DNA of 64,000 bases from positions 19,592,001 through 19,656,000 of the forward strand of contig OX597816.1 in assembly GCA_951406725.2 (NCBI GenBank), read 5' to 3'. A model generated the notes under the pieces. The model made no database searches. It was not told where the DNA came from and worked only from the letters and a program-made list of their open reading frames with translations. Source of the DNA: Octopus vulgaris. Lineage: Eukaryota. This document shows, one piece after another, positions 12,991 through 26,089 of this stretch; position 1 is the stretch's first letter, and the number at the start of each line of letters is the position of its first letter. The translations under genes were made by a program, and so were the position numbers.

Positions 12991-13508
12991 TGTCGGAACT
13001 GGTTCGGCGGCAGTTTGAATAGCTGATGACTAATATGTTCTTGATGCTTCTAGGAATATTGTTATTTTTGCGAGAAAACATGTTCTTATTTTATCATGTT
13101 GTTGTTGCCCTTTATCAAATCTCCTTGAATATGAGTTCTCAAAATTCTTTCATGAGTTTCAGTTTTCTATTCATATCGTGGTATTCATTTCCTTTCCTGA
13201 AACTTGTCGAAAATTTCGTTATATATTTTCAGAGCAGAAAAGAATATAGTCGTTTGAAAGGAAACAAAAGGCAAATAAATATAATAGAAACAGATCTAAC
13301 CTACACTTGTCTCGCTTAACAGGATAACATTGTCATTATAAGAAGAAATCTAAAGGGGAGGATAAACGAAATATTGATATGAATCGTAGAAAAGAAAAAA
13401 GGGTTTAAAAGGTCATTTAGAAAAGGAGGCTTTTTGGAATGCCGCCACTGATTAACAATATAAGAAATATATAGCTATCAATAAACCAATATGAGATTTG
13501 TTTTACTA

Positions 13509-13745
13509 CAGGGTGTGTAAGTTGACTGTTAATGTGCTGCCAAGATATACTACGAACTTTATAGTCCGGAAAAGCTGCCTACACGCTTTTTATTATTTTG
13601 GTTCTTATCTATTTTCTGAAGTGGTTTTAAATAAGTCTTTGTGCTTTCTTCTTTTCCGTTCTCTTAATAATCATATGCAAACTCCATATCATTTATTATC
13701 TGTTGATATATCGATGAATGGAGAATGTTATATACTTTGACCCTG
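13509..13745. mobile_element. Possible Tc1/mariner-type MITE
   Basis: TA-cagggt...accctg-TA termini; the TIR is short. Confidence 0.4.
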
Positions 13746-14128
13746 TAATGTAACAGTAGATGAAATAAGAAAGGAAGCGAAAAATTTATAGTAGAAAACA
13801 ACGGAATAAGAAAACTGACTTGAAATAGGAATTTAAAGAAAGACAGTAAAATAAGTTTTATTACAAGATAAATCCTCTCTCGCCTCCCTACAATAAATTG
13901 ACCGTAACATACTCATTACTAGCACTCGCTCGTTTCAGATCTAGTGATATCTTTGGACTTATGATATCTAACGTAAAAACCGTCTGCAAGGCCCTCGAAA
14001 ATAATAAATGTTCTTAAGAATAGCGATAAAATCTTTAGAAATGTATGTTTTAATGTACATGCGTGTGTGCCTCTGGGAATGTGCGTGTGTATGTTTTTAT
14101 GCTTATGGATCTGTAAGGTTGCGTTTGA

Positions 14129-14176
<48 letters not shown>

Positions 14177-14671
14177 TTCTGAATATTTTATTCCGCTCAA
14201 ATATAAAATGTATTATGTATTCTGTGCATGATGTGAAATAAAAGGTGTTCATAAATTATCTTTACAACTTCCACAGTTTATTTTAATGTATTGTCTAGAT
14301 CTGTTGCGTGCAACAAATGGAGCTCGGGTGGAAATGTTTGTATGTCTCTAATAAAAGTGGTTTGCTGATAAATTCCACTGAGTTATAATTATTTTTCATT
14401 TATATCAGAACTTTGCAAGTTGTAGAGGTACATCCTATGCACATTAGATTCGCAAAATTCCCCACCCTGTAAGCAAAACTGTACCTACAGTAAGCAAAAC
14501 GGTTGAACAAAACTGTAGCATAAGACATTATTCTTAATTACTTTTTAAGCCCCGGTAGTTTATCGTAGATTACTGGATATAAACTCTGCTGTTGAAAGAA
14601 ATAACGATGCTCGTAAAATATATTTTGTGTTACGACAGACTAATCACAAATATTTTATAGGTGCATCTTAT

Positions 14672-14983
14672 CCTTTTATTTGTTTCAGTCATTTGACTGT
14701 GGCCATGCTGGAGGACCGCCTTTAGTCGAGCAAATCTACCGCAGGACTTATTCTTTGTAAGCCTAGGACTTATTCTACCGGTCTGTCTTTTGACGAACAA
14801 CTAAGTTACGGAGACGTAACACAACGGCATCGGTTGTCAAGCGATGTTGGGAGAACAAACACAGACACACAAACGTATACACACACACACACATATATAT
14901 ATATATTATATATATATGGGAATCGAAACCGCGTTCTTACGACCGCGAGTCAACTGCCCTAATCACTGGGCCATTGCGCCTCT
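14672..14983 (-). mobile_element. SINE B 3' part joined by microsatellite to a type-C tRNA head
   Basis: tttcagtcatttgactgtggccatgctgg tail; reverse complement of the ggcgcaatggcccagtg head at 14919-14983. Confidence 0.75.
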
Positions 14984-15544
14984 ACCCTCGCTGCTGTCTT
15001 CGACGTCCTCTAAATTGCGATTATTATAATTTTTTTGTTTCGTGGTTGGGGGATACCATTGTTTTGAAAGTATAAAGAGTCGTAGTCGATAAACCACCTT
15101 ACGCGAAATAGTAGTACACTCACAGCGAACTGAAGTGTATGTTTCTTGGTTGAATAAAAAAAAAATGAATTAACCTCGAAATTGAAAGAAAGGGTGAATA
15201 TTAACTTAGAAAATCGGAAGAAAATGCATATGCAATCAGAATAAATGTGTTTGCGCATAAATATCTCATATATATTCCAGATATATTTGCTGTTTTGCTG
15301 ACAGGTGACATCGGGAATCAATAATTTCTTCCAAAGAACGAGTAGCATTATGTTACTAACGTACGACTCTAGGTTTCCTATCTGTTATTCAAGTACTTGT
15401 TTTGGACATCGGATTTTAATGTACTTACGATTCAACCAAATCGCCTCTTAAAACGAAAAGTGCTCAGCGATTCCAGTTGGCATTCGTTTTATATCGTGGA
15501 TTTCTATGCGTATTTGTAAAGTGTATCATTTTCTTTTTATCTCT

Positions 15545-15728
15545 TTTACTCTCTTTTACTTGTTTCAGTTATTTCACTGTGGCCATGTTGGAGCACCGCC
15601 TTTAGTCGAGCAAATCGACCCAAGGACTTATTCTTTGTAAGCCAAGTACTTATGCTATCGGCCTCTTTTGCCAAACCAGCATCTGTTGTCAAGCGATGTT
15701 GGAGGGACAAACACAGACACAGAAACAT

Positions 15729-15777
<49 letters not shown>

Positions 15778-15940
15778 TACGACGGGCTTCTTTCAGTTTC
15801 CGTCTACCAAATCCACTCTCAAGGCTATGGTTGGCCCGAGGGTATAGTAGAAGACACTTGCCCAAGTTGCCACGCAGTGGGACTGAACCGGGAAACATGT
15901 GGTTGGTAAGCAAACTACTTACCACACAGCCACTCCTACG
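15545..15940 (-). mobile_element. SINE family B, near full length
   Basis: Matches the other B copies; (GTAAAAGA)n-like tail. Confidence 0.9.
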
Positions 15941-16148
15941 CCTATATCTTTACATTTTAGTAGTTTCAATGGAAATATGGCTACGTTGGAGCACCACCTT
16001 GTAGAGTTTAATGGGACAAGATGACCCGAGCACTTTCTTTTTTTTGTTTTGTATTTTAAGTCTTGTTCTTATGACATTGCTCTCTTTTGCCGACTTAAAC
16101 AAACAACAATGTTTGAACGGCGGCGGTGGAAAACAACCGCAACGCAGT

Positions 16149-16420
16149 GGAGGCGCAATGGCCCAGTGGTTAGGGTAGTGGACTCGCGGTCGTAAGAACG
16201 CGGTTTCGATTCACAGACCGGGCATTGTGAGTGTTTATTGAGCGAAAACACCTAAAAGCATCACGAGGCTCCGACAGGGGGTGTTGACGAACTCTGCTGT
16301 ACTCTTTCGCCACAATTTTCTCTCGCGCTTTCTTCACCTAACCTCCACGAAACTCCTGCAGAGGGGGTGAAGCCCGCTGTACTCTTTCACCACAACTTTC
16401 TCTCACTCTTTCTTCTTACT
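16149..16420 (+). mobile_element. SINE with type-C tRNA-like head and internal duplication
   Basis: ggaggcgcaatggcccagtggttaggg...gtttcgattc; gctgtactctttc.ccacaa.tttctctc repeated. Confidence 0.8.
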
Positions 16421-16459
16421 TCTGCCACAAAGCAGAGGAACCATGGTGTAACCCACTAT

Positions 16460-16762
16460 GGCGTGGTAAACTTTCAGACCCTATTCTAGATTGCGAATCC
16501 TCTGTACCCCAGGGTGGTTCGGCTCTCCACCGTTTACAGAATGAAGATAGCAATGTAGCTTTCGCACTCGTGCAACCGCCAGTCTATTGCGTGTGGTGGG
16601 TGGATCTTGAAGCTGCCACACGCATTCTTAGTAGCTTAGAGTAGGGCTCGAATTAGAGATTATTCTTTGTGGCTAATGGCGTGAGTCCTGATTGGAAGAA
16701 GAAGAAGAAGAAGAAGAAGAAGAAGAAGAAGAAGAAGAAGAAGAAGAAGAAGAAGAAGAAGA
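16460..16762 (+). mobile_element. Retroelement 3' end with (GAA)n tail, family unassigned
   Basis: GC-richer segment ending abruptly in a (GAA)n tract at 16695-16762. Confidence 0.4.
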
Positions 16763-17817
16763 CCGCAACGCAAACACAAAGACGCACACACACACACACA
16801 TACACACAAGCATACTATCTAACATGATTATCCTCACAGTTTCCCTACAAAATTCACTCATAATTGTGTGCTCGACCCGGGTCTTTAGGAGGAGACACGC
16901 AGATTATCGTGCTGAGGAGCTGAACCCCCCCAAACTACCTTGTTGCAAAAGTAAGCTTTTTAACCTCATGACAATTCCGAACACAAAACAATATCCTCTT
17001 TTTCTCCATATTCACACCCGAAAAATAATATAATTGAACGGAACTAAAAATATTTGAAGTGCAAATGTTAAATATTTACAACAAATATATCAGAGAAAAG
17101 ACGTGCTTTTCATAGCCAGGAGCCAAAGAAATAGATTTCAACTCAAGAAACCTTCAAAATGTGCGATTTTATAATCATGTTATAATCATCGGAAGATAAA
17201 GATCATTCACTAGAAATTTATGTTTAATATACTCAAAGAAATTACAAGATTAGTTTTAAGACTAGACTCGTGAGTAGGCGGGTTATTTCATTTGATTTGT
17301 ATCAAACACACCGTTAATTTCTTCGTACTTGTATTACATACATTGAACTAACGCACAATCAGCCAGATATATTCAGGGACATTTATTTGCACATATATTA
17401 GTGATAAACTCTCTTATGGTACATACGCGATTATACATTAAATCATGCTATATATTCTTTTATTCTTTTACTTGTTTCAGTCATTTGACTGCGGCTATAC
17501 TGGAGCACCGCCTTAAAGATTTTTTGTCGAAGAAATCAGTCCCCATGACGCAGTTATAGTAAGACTAGTACTTACTCTATCTGATCCTAAGTTATGGGGA
17601 AGTAATCACACCATTCAAAGACATTCACGCATAAAAATGTATTTATGTGCGTGTGTGTGTGCGTGTGTGTACGTGTCTGTGCGTGTGTGTGTATTATATA
17701 ATATTAACTGTTTTACACCTTTTAGAGTGAGATTCTCCTCGGGATTTACGTATTTCTACACACGATATATATATATATACGTATAGAGGTAAGTATGTAC
17801 ATATACGTATGTATATA

Positions 17818-17853
<36 letters not shown>

Positions 17854-17980
17854 TATATATGATTTATATTATATATATTTATAGTAATAGTATGACAACA
17901 AAAGAATGAATGAGACCTTAATATTACGTAAATAGAGGAATTTATCTGTAATATAATATGTGACAATTATTCGGTTGTCA

Positions 17981-18043
17981 TAACAAAACTCCGAGTTTCG
18001 AATGTCGGGGCAAAAATCTGCTCCGGCATCTCGTCAGTCATTA
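17981..18043 (-). ncRNA. Hammerhead ribozyme motif with long stem II
   Basis: Minus strand reads UAAUGA-CUGACGA-GAUGCCGGAGCA..UGCCCCGACAUUC-GAAA-CUC-G-GAG-UU-UUGUUA; all three helices can pair. Confidence 0.7.
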
Positions 18044-18064
18044 AGGTTTGTCTTACGGTTTGTC

Positions 18065-18162
<98 letters not shown>

Positions 18163-18235
18163 GCCATGTTGAATCGCTAGCTTTTGCACGCATTTTTTCT
18201 CTCCTTGTTTCTCTCCGTGTTTCTTTTCTGTGTAT

Positions 18236-18271
18236 CTTTCTGTTGAAGAGCGTAGGCTCGAAACGTAAAAG
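18236..18271 (+). ncRNA. Hammerhead-like motif with CUGUUGA core variant
   Basis: CUUU-CUGUUGA-A-GAGC-GUAG-GCUC-GAAA-C-GUA-AAAG; same core at 36273. Confidence 0.55.
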
Positions 18272-18356
18272 ACTTGTTTTATTTATATACTAATACAATT
18301 GTTTGTTTGTACTCCACCTGCCTTCGTCTTTTGTTTATTTTCATAAAGCTTCCCGT

Positions 18357-18415
<59 letters not shown>

Positions 18416-18417
18416 TT

Positions 18418-18578
18418 ACGATGGGATTCTTTCAGTTTCTGCCTACTGAATCCATTCACAAGGCTTTGGTCGGCCCGAAACTATAATAGATATCACCGGC
18501 CCAAGTTTCAACGCAGCGGGACTGAATCCGGAATCATGTGGGTAGCAAGCAGGCATCTTCCCACACACCCACGCCTGT
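18418..18578 (-). mobile_element. SINE B 5' part
   Basis: Similarity to the B head. Confidence 0.8.
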
Positions 18579-19192
18579 AAGTAATCGGAAATTTTATTAA
18601 CTACTGCAGAATTAGGCCAAAGACAACTATAATAGACACGTGTATAAATAATAGACACGTGTATCCCTAAGAATCTTCACTTCAAGGTGAAGAAAGCTCA
18701 AGCATGTAATAAAGATAAGTGAACGGAGACTGGAATTGGTAATCCGTATAATACGTGTTTGTGTCTTTCTGGTGCGGTGGGGGTTACAGGTGGAGTCATA
18801 TTTCAATGACATTGGTGCCAAAATTGTGCCACGTTCAAATAATCAGTCAACAATACACTTTAAAAATATTCTAAAACAGATTTCTATTTTCCTTCATCTC
18901 CATTCAAGAAGACAATATAAAAAAAAATATAAAATAAAAGAAAATAAAAAAGCAACCGGTTATATTGTCTACTGGTTCAGTTTAGTAGCGGCTACAACAG
19001 AACAAAAAACAGCGATAACCCCTACTTAAGATTGACCTCATTGACCTTAAGTTACTTTATCCATTTACTAGGGATGCTAATGTTTTCTTCTTTTCAATCA
19101 GCACCTTTATCACTATGGAAACCAAATATTATATAGCCACCACCACCTACATCATCAGCAGCTACAGCAGCAGTATCTCCTGTTTGTCGTTG

Positions 19193-19315
19193 TCTTCTTC
19201 TTCTTCTTCTTCTTCTTCTTCTTCTTCTTCTTCTTCTTCTTCTTTTTCTTCTTCTTTTTCTTCTTCTTCTTCTTCTTCTTCTTCTTCTTCTTCTTCTTCT
19301 GCTTCTTCTTTTTCT
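19193..19315. repeat. (TTC)n microsatellite
   Basis: Visible tandem repeat. Confidence 0.95.
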
Positions 19316-19715
19316 TTACTACTGCTACCTCTAACACCACTACTACGACGACTGCCATTGCTGCTGGTGCTGGTAAAACTATCAACTTTTGTCGAAAGAG
19401 CAATCGGTACTCTTTTCTTTCCCCTTCAACAACTGAATAAGTTGATAGAACTAATATCAAAGCAACCAACAGAATTTCACTAACCCATATTATATCCACA
19501 CTCACAACAGCACCAATTACCAACACAGGAGTATTTTGCCAACAAAACGGCTACCGCTTCACTCATCTCCCTGGCACTGAACGCAAAGAGTAGGAACACT
19601 ACGCAAGACAATATAAATCCAAAAACTGATTATCATTTCATATCCTAAACTAAAGAATTCAGTTCTGTCAAATGCGTACTCGATTTTGAATAGCACGTTT
19701 TTGCACCTGTACGAG

Positions 19716-20098
19716 AGTGTTTAAGTAGCTTGCTTACGAACCACATGGTTCCGGGTTCAGCCCCACTGCATGGCACCTTGGGCAAATGTCTTATACTATA
19801 GCCTCGGGCCGACCAAAGCCTTGTGAGTGTACGTGGTAGACGGAAACTGAAAGAAGCCCGTTGTATATATGTATATGTGTATATGTTTGTGTGTCTGTGT
19901 TTGTCCTGTTCCCCCGAACATCACTTGACAACCGATGCTGGTGTGTTTATGGCCCCGTAACTTAGCGGTTCGACAAAAGAGACCGATAGAATAAGTACTA
20001 GGCTTACAAAGAATAGGTCCTGGGGGCGATTTTCTCGACTAAAGGCGGTGCTCCAGCATGGCCACAGTCAAAAGACTGAAACAAAAGGGTAAAAGAGT
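19716..20098 (+). mobile_element. SINE family B
   Basis: ggttccgggttcagccccact B-box-like head, ccttgggcaa core, ggcggtgctccagcatggccacagtc tail. Confidence 0.9.
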
Positions 20099-20699
20099 AA
20101 CCTGCAATTATGAATATTGTCACTACGCGCTGAAACAAAATTTCTAAAGATCAGCCGTTCTATAAAAAGAACTTCCCTATGAAATGTTTGTTACTAATTG
20201 ATGCACTGCGATGCTGCATATAGAAAATTGTTCAGGGGTTACTTAAATAAGAATTCCTGAGTGGTCAATGATGGTCTCCACTCCACTTAAAATTATGCGA
20301 CATTCCATATGAAAACTTTCTTACTATGTGATGCACCGCATTTTTTTTTATTCCACAAAATATAGTAAACAAGGTCGTACATGGAACCTTTTGCATCTTT
20401 TTAACCTATATTAACCCACTGTCTTTGGTTGAAGACAGTTTTATGTAGTTTATTTACTGCAATAAAGGTTAACTGGATGCTTCCGTTTATTTATCCCTAT
20501 TTATATAAAATACCAAATACACAACTATATCTTGAGATCGCTAGTAATAACAATACTCAAAATATAAAACAGACTAGAGTTGTAGTGCTCCAAATGAGCT
20601 ATATTCCACTTATTAATCTGAGCGGAGGTAATGTGAGCAGTAACTAAAGGATCATTACTAAAATCCACAGAAAGATCAAGCACATACATATATTCATAT

Positions 20700-21108
20700 C
20701 TCTTTACTCTTTTACTTGTTTCAGTCATTTGACTGCGGCCATGCTGTAGCACCGCCTTTAATCGAGCAACTCGACCCCGGGACTTATTCTTTGTAAGCCC
20801 AGTACTTATTCTATCGGTCTCTTTTTGCCGAACCGCAAAGTGACGGGGACGTAAACACACCAGCATCGGTTGTCAAGCAATGCTAGGGGGACAAACACAG
20901 ACATACAAATACACACACACACACACATACATATATATATACATATATACGACATGCTTCTTTTAGTTTCCGTCTACCAAATCCATTCACAAGGCATTGG
21001 TCGGCCCGGGGCTATAGCAGAAGACACTTCTCCAAGGTGCCACGCAGTGGAACTGAACCCGGAACCATGTAGTTGGTTAGCAAGCTACTTACCACACAGC
21101 CACTCCTG
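20700..21108 (-). mobile_element. SINE family B
   Basis: Full-length match on the minus strand. Confidence 0.9.
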
Positions 21109-21881
21109 TAATTGGTATTTTATATAAATAGGGATAAACATACCGATAAACAATTTTCCATATGCAGTATCGCAATGCAACAATTTTATATTCACTTATA
21201 TCTACAGAACAGATATAAAGTCCGACGATTAAAAATATAATAATATATAAATAAATAAACATCATATATAATATATAAATAAATAAACATCATATATAAT
21301 ATATAAATATATAAGAATCAGTGTTACATACAAAACACATTGAATTTACGCTTAAAATCATAAAACATTTGGTAAATTATATGTTACAATAAAAATTTGG
21401 GATAATAAAACATATAATAACATATTAAAATGACGTATTAAAATTCCAGAAAAAATACAGAAAAATTAATATGAAACATTTCATATATTCGAGACTGACA
21501 CTCTCCTCATATATATATCTGCAAAATTTCGACAGGATTAACCCGGATTAACATGGGTTATGTTTGGTACAACTATAGCTTAAAGACCCATTTAACAGAA
21601 CTCTTGCAATATGAAGCAATTACACATGCTTATATTTTGAATCGTTTCCCTAATAGAATTCGGTCATAGATTATTTTTCAGAAGTACAATATTATGGTTG
21701 TCACGTTCACTTGTTATGAAAGATAGAAACACGTGTTGGACCGTGAATGAAGTTTTAACCTGAGATCAAATTGCAGACTGAAGTAGCGCGTTTGACAAAA
21801 TAGTTAGCTGCATTGTTTCCAGCGCTTTACTTGCTAATGTGGAATATCGTCGAGGACCACTTTTGGATTTCACTCTTTCAA

Positions 21882-22298
21882 AGGCGACGAGCTGGCAGAA
21901 TCGTTAGCACACCGGCGAAATGCTTAGCGGTATTTCGTCGTGCCGTTACGTTCTGAGTTCAAATTCCGCCGAGGTCGACTTTGCCTTTCATCCTTTCGGG
22001 GTCGATTAAATAAATACCAGTTACGCGCTGGGGTCGATATAATCGACTTAATCCGTTTGCCTGTCCTTGTTTGTCCTCTCTGTGTTTAGCCCCTTGTGGG
22101 TAGTTAAGAAATAGTCATTTCTTCTGCCGCTACGTTCTGAGTTCAAACTCCGCCGAGGTCGACTTTGTCTTTCATCCTTTTGGGGTCGATTAAATAAGTA
22201 CCAGTTACGCACTGGGGTCGAGATAATCGACTTAATCCGTTTGTCTGTCCGTGTTTGTCCTCTCTGTGTTTAGCCCCTTGTGGGTAATAAAGAAATAG
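21882..22298 (+). mobile_element. SINE family A, dimeric
   Basis: Same structure as 1739-2153. Confidence 0.9.
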
Positions 22299-22729
22299 GA
22301 TTTCACTCTCTTAAGGTTCCTAAAATAAAGTATCAGTCACATGCTATGTTCTTTATAAACCACCAGCTGTCTCCCACAAACATTTATGTCATCGTGACTA
22401 AATCCAGGCCGATATCTGTATCCTTTCTGTAAGCGTTGTGGCAATTGTTATCATTTTAAGGTTTGACTTGCACCGATCTTCTTTTTTGGTATCTCATTTC
22501 CTGATGTCTACGGACCACTTGAGACCAGCTTTGTCCTTCATCTATTATAGCTCCATAAAACAAAACACGAAACAAACATCACGAGGGAAAGTATCGACCA
22601 GCCCGCTCTTCTCAAATTTTTTGGCCTTTTGCCTAATTTCCAAACACATAAGTTACGCTATAATAATTATTAAAAGTATATTATTAGTATTCTGTTATAT
22701 ATATATATATATATATTTTATGAACAAAA

Positions 22730-22779
<50 letters not shown>

Positions 22780-23109
22780 ATTTTGCTTCTTGTGGTGGCG
22801 GCGGTGGTAGTGATGATGGTGGGCTGCGATATTTCGGCGCATCAAATAACGTTATCGCACATGATACAATCAAGAGCTCAATTATAATAAAAAATAAATC
22901 TTTTTTTTCTTTTTTCATCTCCACATCAATAACATTATGTACCATAATAATTTCAATAAAACACAATTACTGTCTTTTCTTTAGAATATGTGTAAACCGT
23001 AACACGAAATAATACTTTAGAAGAAAGTAATTATTTTATTATTATATGGGTGTAGGTATTTTGGTGAGCATCTACGCTTGTACGTTCCTGAGTTTGTGTT
23101 TGTGTGCGT

Positions 23110-23136
23110 GTGTGTATATATTCATGTATGTATTTA

Positions 23137-23187
<51 letters not shown>

Positions 23188-23500
23188 TTGTGTCTATTAT
23201 ATATATATGTATATATATATATATGTGTGTGTGTGTGTCTATTATATATATATGTCTATTATATATATATATGTATACATATATATATAATATATATATC
23301 AATATGTATATATGAATGCATATATGTATATATAAATATGTATGTATATATATATATATGTGTATATATATGTGCATATCTTTATATATATATGTAAACA
23401 TATGTATATATATATCTACATATATATGTATATATATATATATACATATATACATAAATATATATATATGTATATATATACATATATATATATATATATG

Positions 23501-23546
<46 letters not shown>

Positions 23547-23577
23547 CACACATACACACACACACATATATATATAT
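23110..23577. repeat. (TA)/(TG)-rich compound microsatellite
   Basis: Visible low-complexity repeat. Confidence 0.9.
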
Positions 23578-24090
23578 TTCAAATGAATAATGGAGATGAC
23601 GGTAAAAGGAGACATATATGCAAAGAGTGAGGGGGAGTTGGAGGGTAGATGAGAGGGCAACATTAAACAATTAGACAGTTCCTTTGATTTCGCTTTAAAA
23701 TATTATGAAAGATCAATGGCGCGAAGCTTTCAATTGTTTACCGTACTTATTATGTAGGGAAGAGTTTTATGTAATTCTCGTGATTATAGTTTCAATACTA
23801 TTAATTAAGACAAGGTAGCATCAAAAATGTGCATACAAGCACACATCTCTATACGTACACACACGCACATATACACACTCGTCACACACACCATATGCGT
23901 GTATGTATATATACATATATATGAGTGTTTGTGTGTGTTTATTTATGTTTTTATATATTAATATATAACCATGTATATATGTTAATACGAATGCATGAAT
24001 ATATATATATGTGTGTATTTACATATTATATTTATATGTGTGTGTATATTTATACATATATAAGTGTATTATGAATATATATATATATAA

Positions 24091-24275
24091 AGTTAATCCA
24101 AACAAGAAAGCACAAAAACACAACAAAGCGAGGACGTGGAACGAATATAGTATTATTGGACGCTCAGGAAAGAAGGAAAGTGGAGCTCTTCGTCGGAAAC
24201 ATAGGAGAAGGAAAGATCCAGAGAAGGGAAGACAGAGGGAAAAAAATCAACAACGGAACACACATGGTCACATTT
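24091..24275 (-). mobile_element. Second copy of the 3632 repeat, hammerhead half deleted
   Basis: gttaatccaaaca...tattattggacgctcaggaaag...ggagctcttcgtcggaaacatag; lacks gtttaacgtttcgagc. Confidence 0.7.
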
Positions 24276-24278
24276 TGA

Positions 24279-24316
<38 letters not shown>

Positions 24317-24999
24317 GTATATATACACACACACACACACACAATTATAGACAGCTAGATAAATAGATAGAGAGATATACATATATGCATACATAGATAC
24401 ATATATACATATGTTATTTACAATATCACGTTCAGTTTTATGAATCTATATATTATTACCAGTACTCTTTTTTTGTTGTTATATGCGTCTACACCGATCT
24501 GGATGCCTGACACGAATATCGGAATATTTCTATATTTCTATACGTTGATTTTGACATTGGAATGCATACAAATAAAATATATATTGTTTGTTTCCATATT
24601 TTCAACGACTCGCTGTATTCAATATTTTTACTGACACAATAAACAAATAATTCAGTTGTTTCCGTTGTCTTTCGTAAATTGGATTATTTTTTTTTATCTC
24701 TTATCTGTCGTTGGATTGCGTTTTGTCTGAAGTACCAAACATCGTACGCTAATTCTTTCTGTTTTTCATCTGCTGCTTATTCTATCAGTTTTCCATTTTT
24801 TTTTTTTTTTTACCGTCTCACTAATTTACGAAAACGAAAAGAAACGAACACCGAACGTGAAACGGCGTACGTGCAAAATCTCAACATAAAAACGTGTGTG
24901 TGTGTGTGTGCGTGTGGGTGTCTGTGTGTGTTTATGTGTATGTAAATATATATATATATATATGTATGTGAGTGACTAAATATATATATATATTTTTTT

Positions 25000-25468
25000 T
25001 TCGGTACAATTTGTTTATTTTGGTAGTTTTGGCTTTAAAAGTCCCTCCTAGCGTGCGGCATCTGTGTGTAATGGTGCCCTCTATATAATATAAATAAATA
25101 TTTTCAAGTTGGAAAATATTTACAAATTTTTTTCTCTTACGAGGTTTTTTCACGCTATCTACTTGATAATTTCTTATGAAGGTTTTGTCCTGTTTTTAAA
25201 TTTATATTTTTCACCGGAACAGTTCAATACTGAATTTCTGTTCCGAGTAAGCACGTTGTTACCGAAATGCAATTCGAAAAGCCCGCCATTTACATAGATA
25301 TGTAGGGATGTACATTCCTATATGCTGCGATGGACACTGCGTTGTAACTAAATTCTGCTTTTGGATGGCTCGCTTCGAAGATTGCATTCGGTACAATTTG
25401 TTTATTTTGGTAGTTTTGGCTTTAAAAGTCCCTCCTAGCGTGCGGCATCTGTGTGTAATGGTGCCCTG

Positions 25469-25477
<9 letters not shown>
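25000..25477. repeat. 91-bp direct repeats flanking about 300 bp
   Basis: 25000-25090 and 25387-25477 are identical except for one base. Confidence 0.9.
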
Positions 25478-25521
<44 letters not shown>

Positions 25522-25554
25522 AATTATATATATATAAAAATATATATATAAATA

Positions 25555-25939
25555 CTAGCAGTATCGCCCGGCGTTGCTCGGGTTTGTAAGGGAAATAACT
25601 ATATAAGCACTTTTAGAGAGTTATAGCAAAAAATGCATTAAAAATGGAATAAAAAATGATGGTAACTTTTTTTTAAATCGTTGACTCATCGTAGACATTT
25701 TTAGAGAGTTACTTCCCTTATATAATAGCGAAAACATGCATTAAAATGGAAAAAATGATGGTAATTTTTTTTTTAAATCGTAGACTCATCGTAGACGCGC
25801 GTTAATACCCAGAAGGGCTTGATATGAATCACGACTATAAGATACCTGGTTTAGGTTAAACTGCACCACAAAATGTGAGAGTAGTTAGGAATCTAAATCG
25901 TAGGAGACAGACACACAACTTCACTTTTATATATAAAGA
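25555..25939 (-). mobile_element. Non-autonomous Helitron
   Basis: Minus strand reads A|TCtttatatataaaag...cccgagcaacgccggg hairpin...CTAG|T. Confidence 0.85.
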
Positions 25940-25960
25940 TATATATAAATATATATATAA

Positions 25961-26033
<73 letters not shown>

Positions 26034-26089
26034 CTAGATTAAATCTTTGAGCGTGATATAAACTGTTACAATACGGAATCGTAACATAT

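Noticed and set aside
16149-16225. tRNA-like sequences (also 42130, 53480, 54345)
   Set aside because: They are SINE heads continuing into SINE bodies, without an intact acceptor stem or Pol III terminator.
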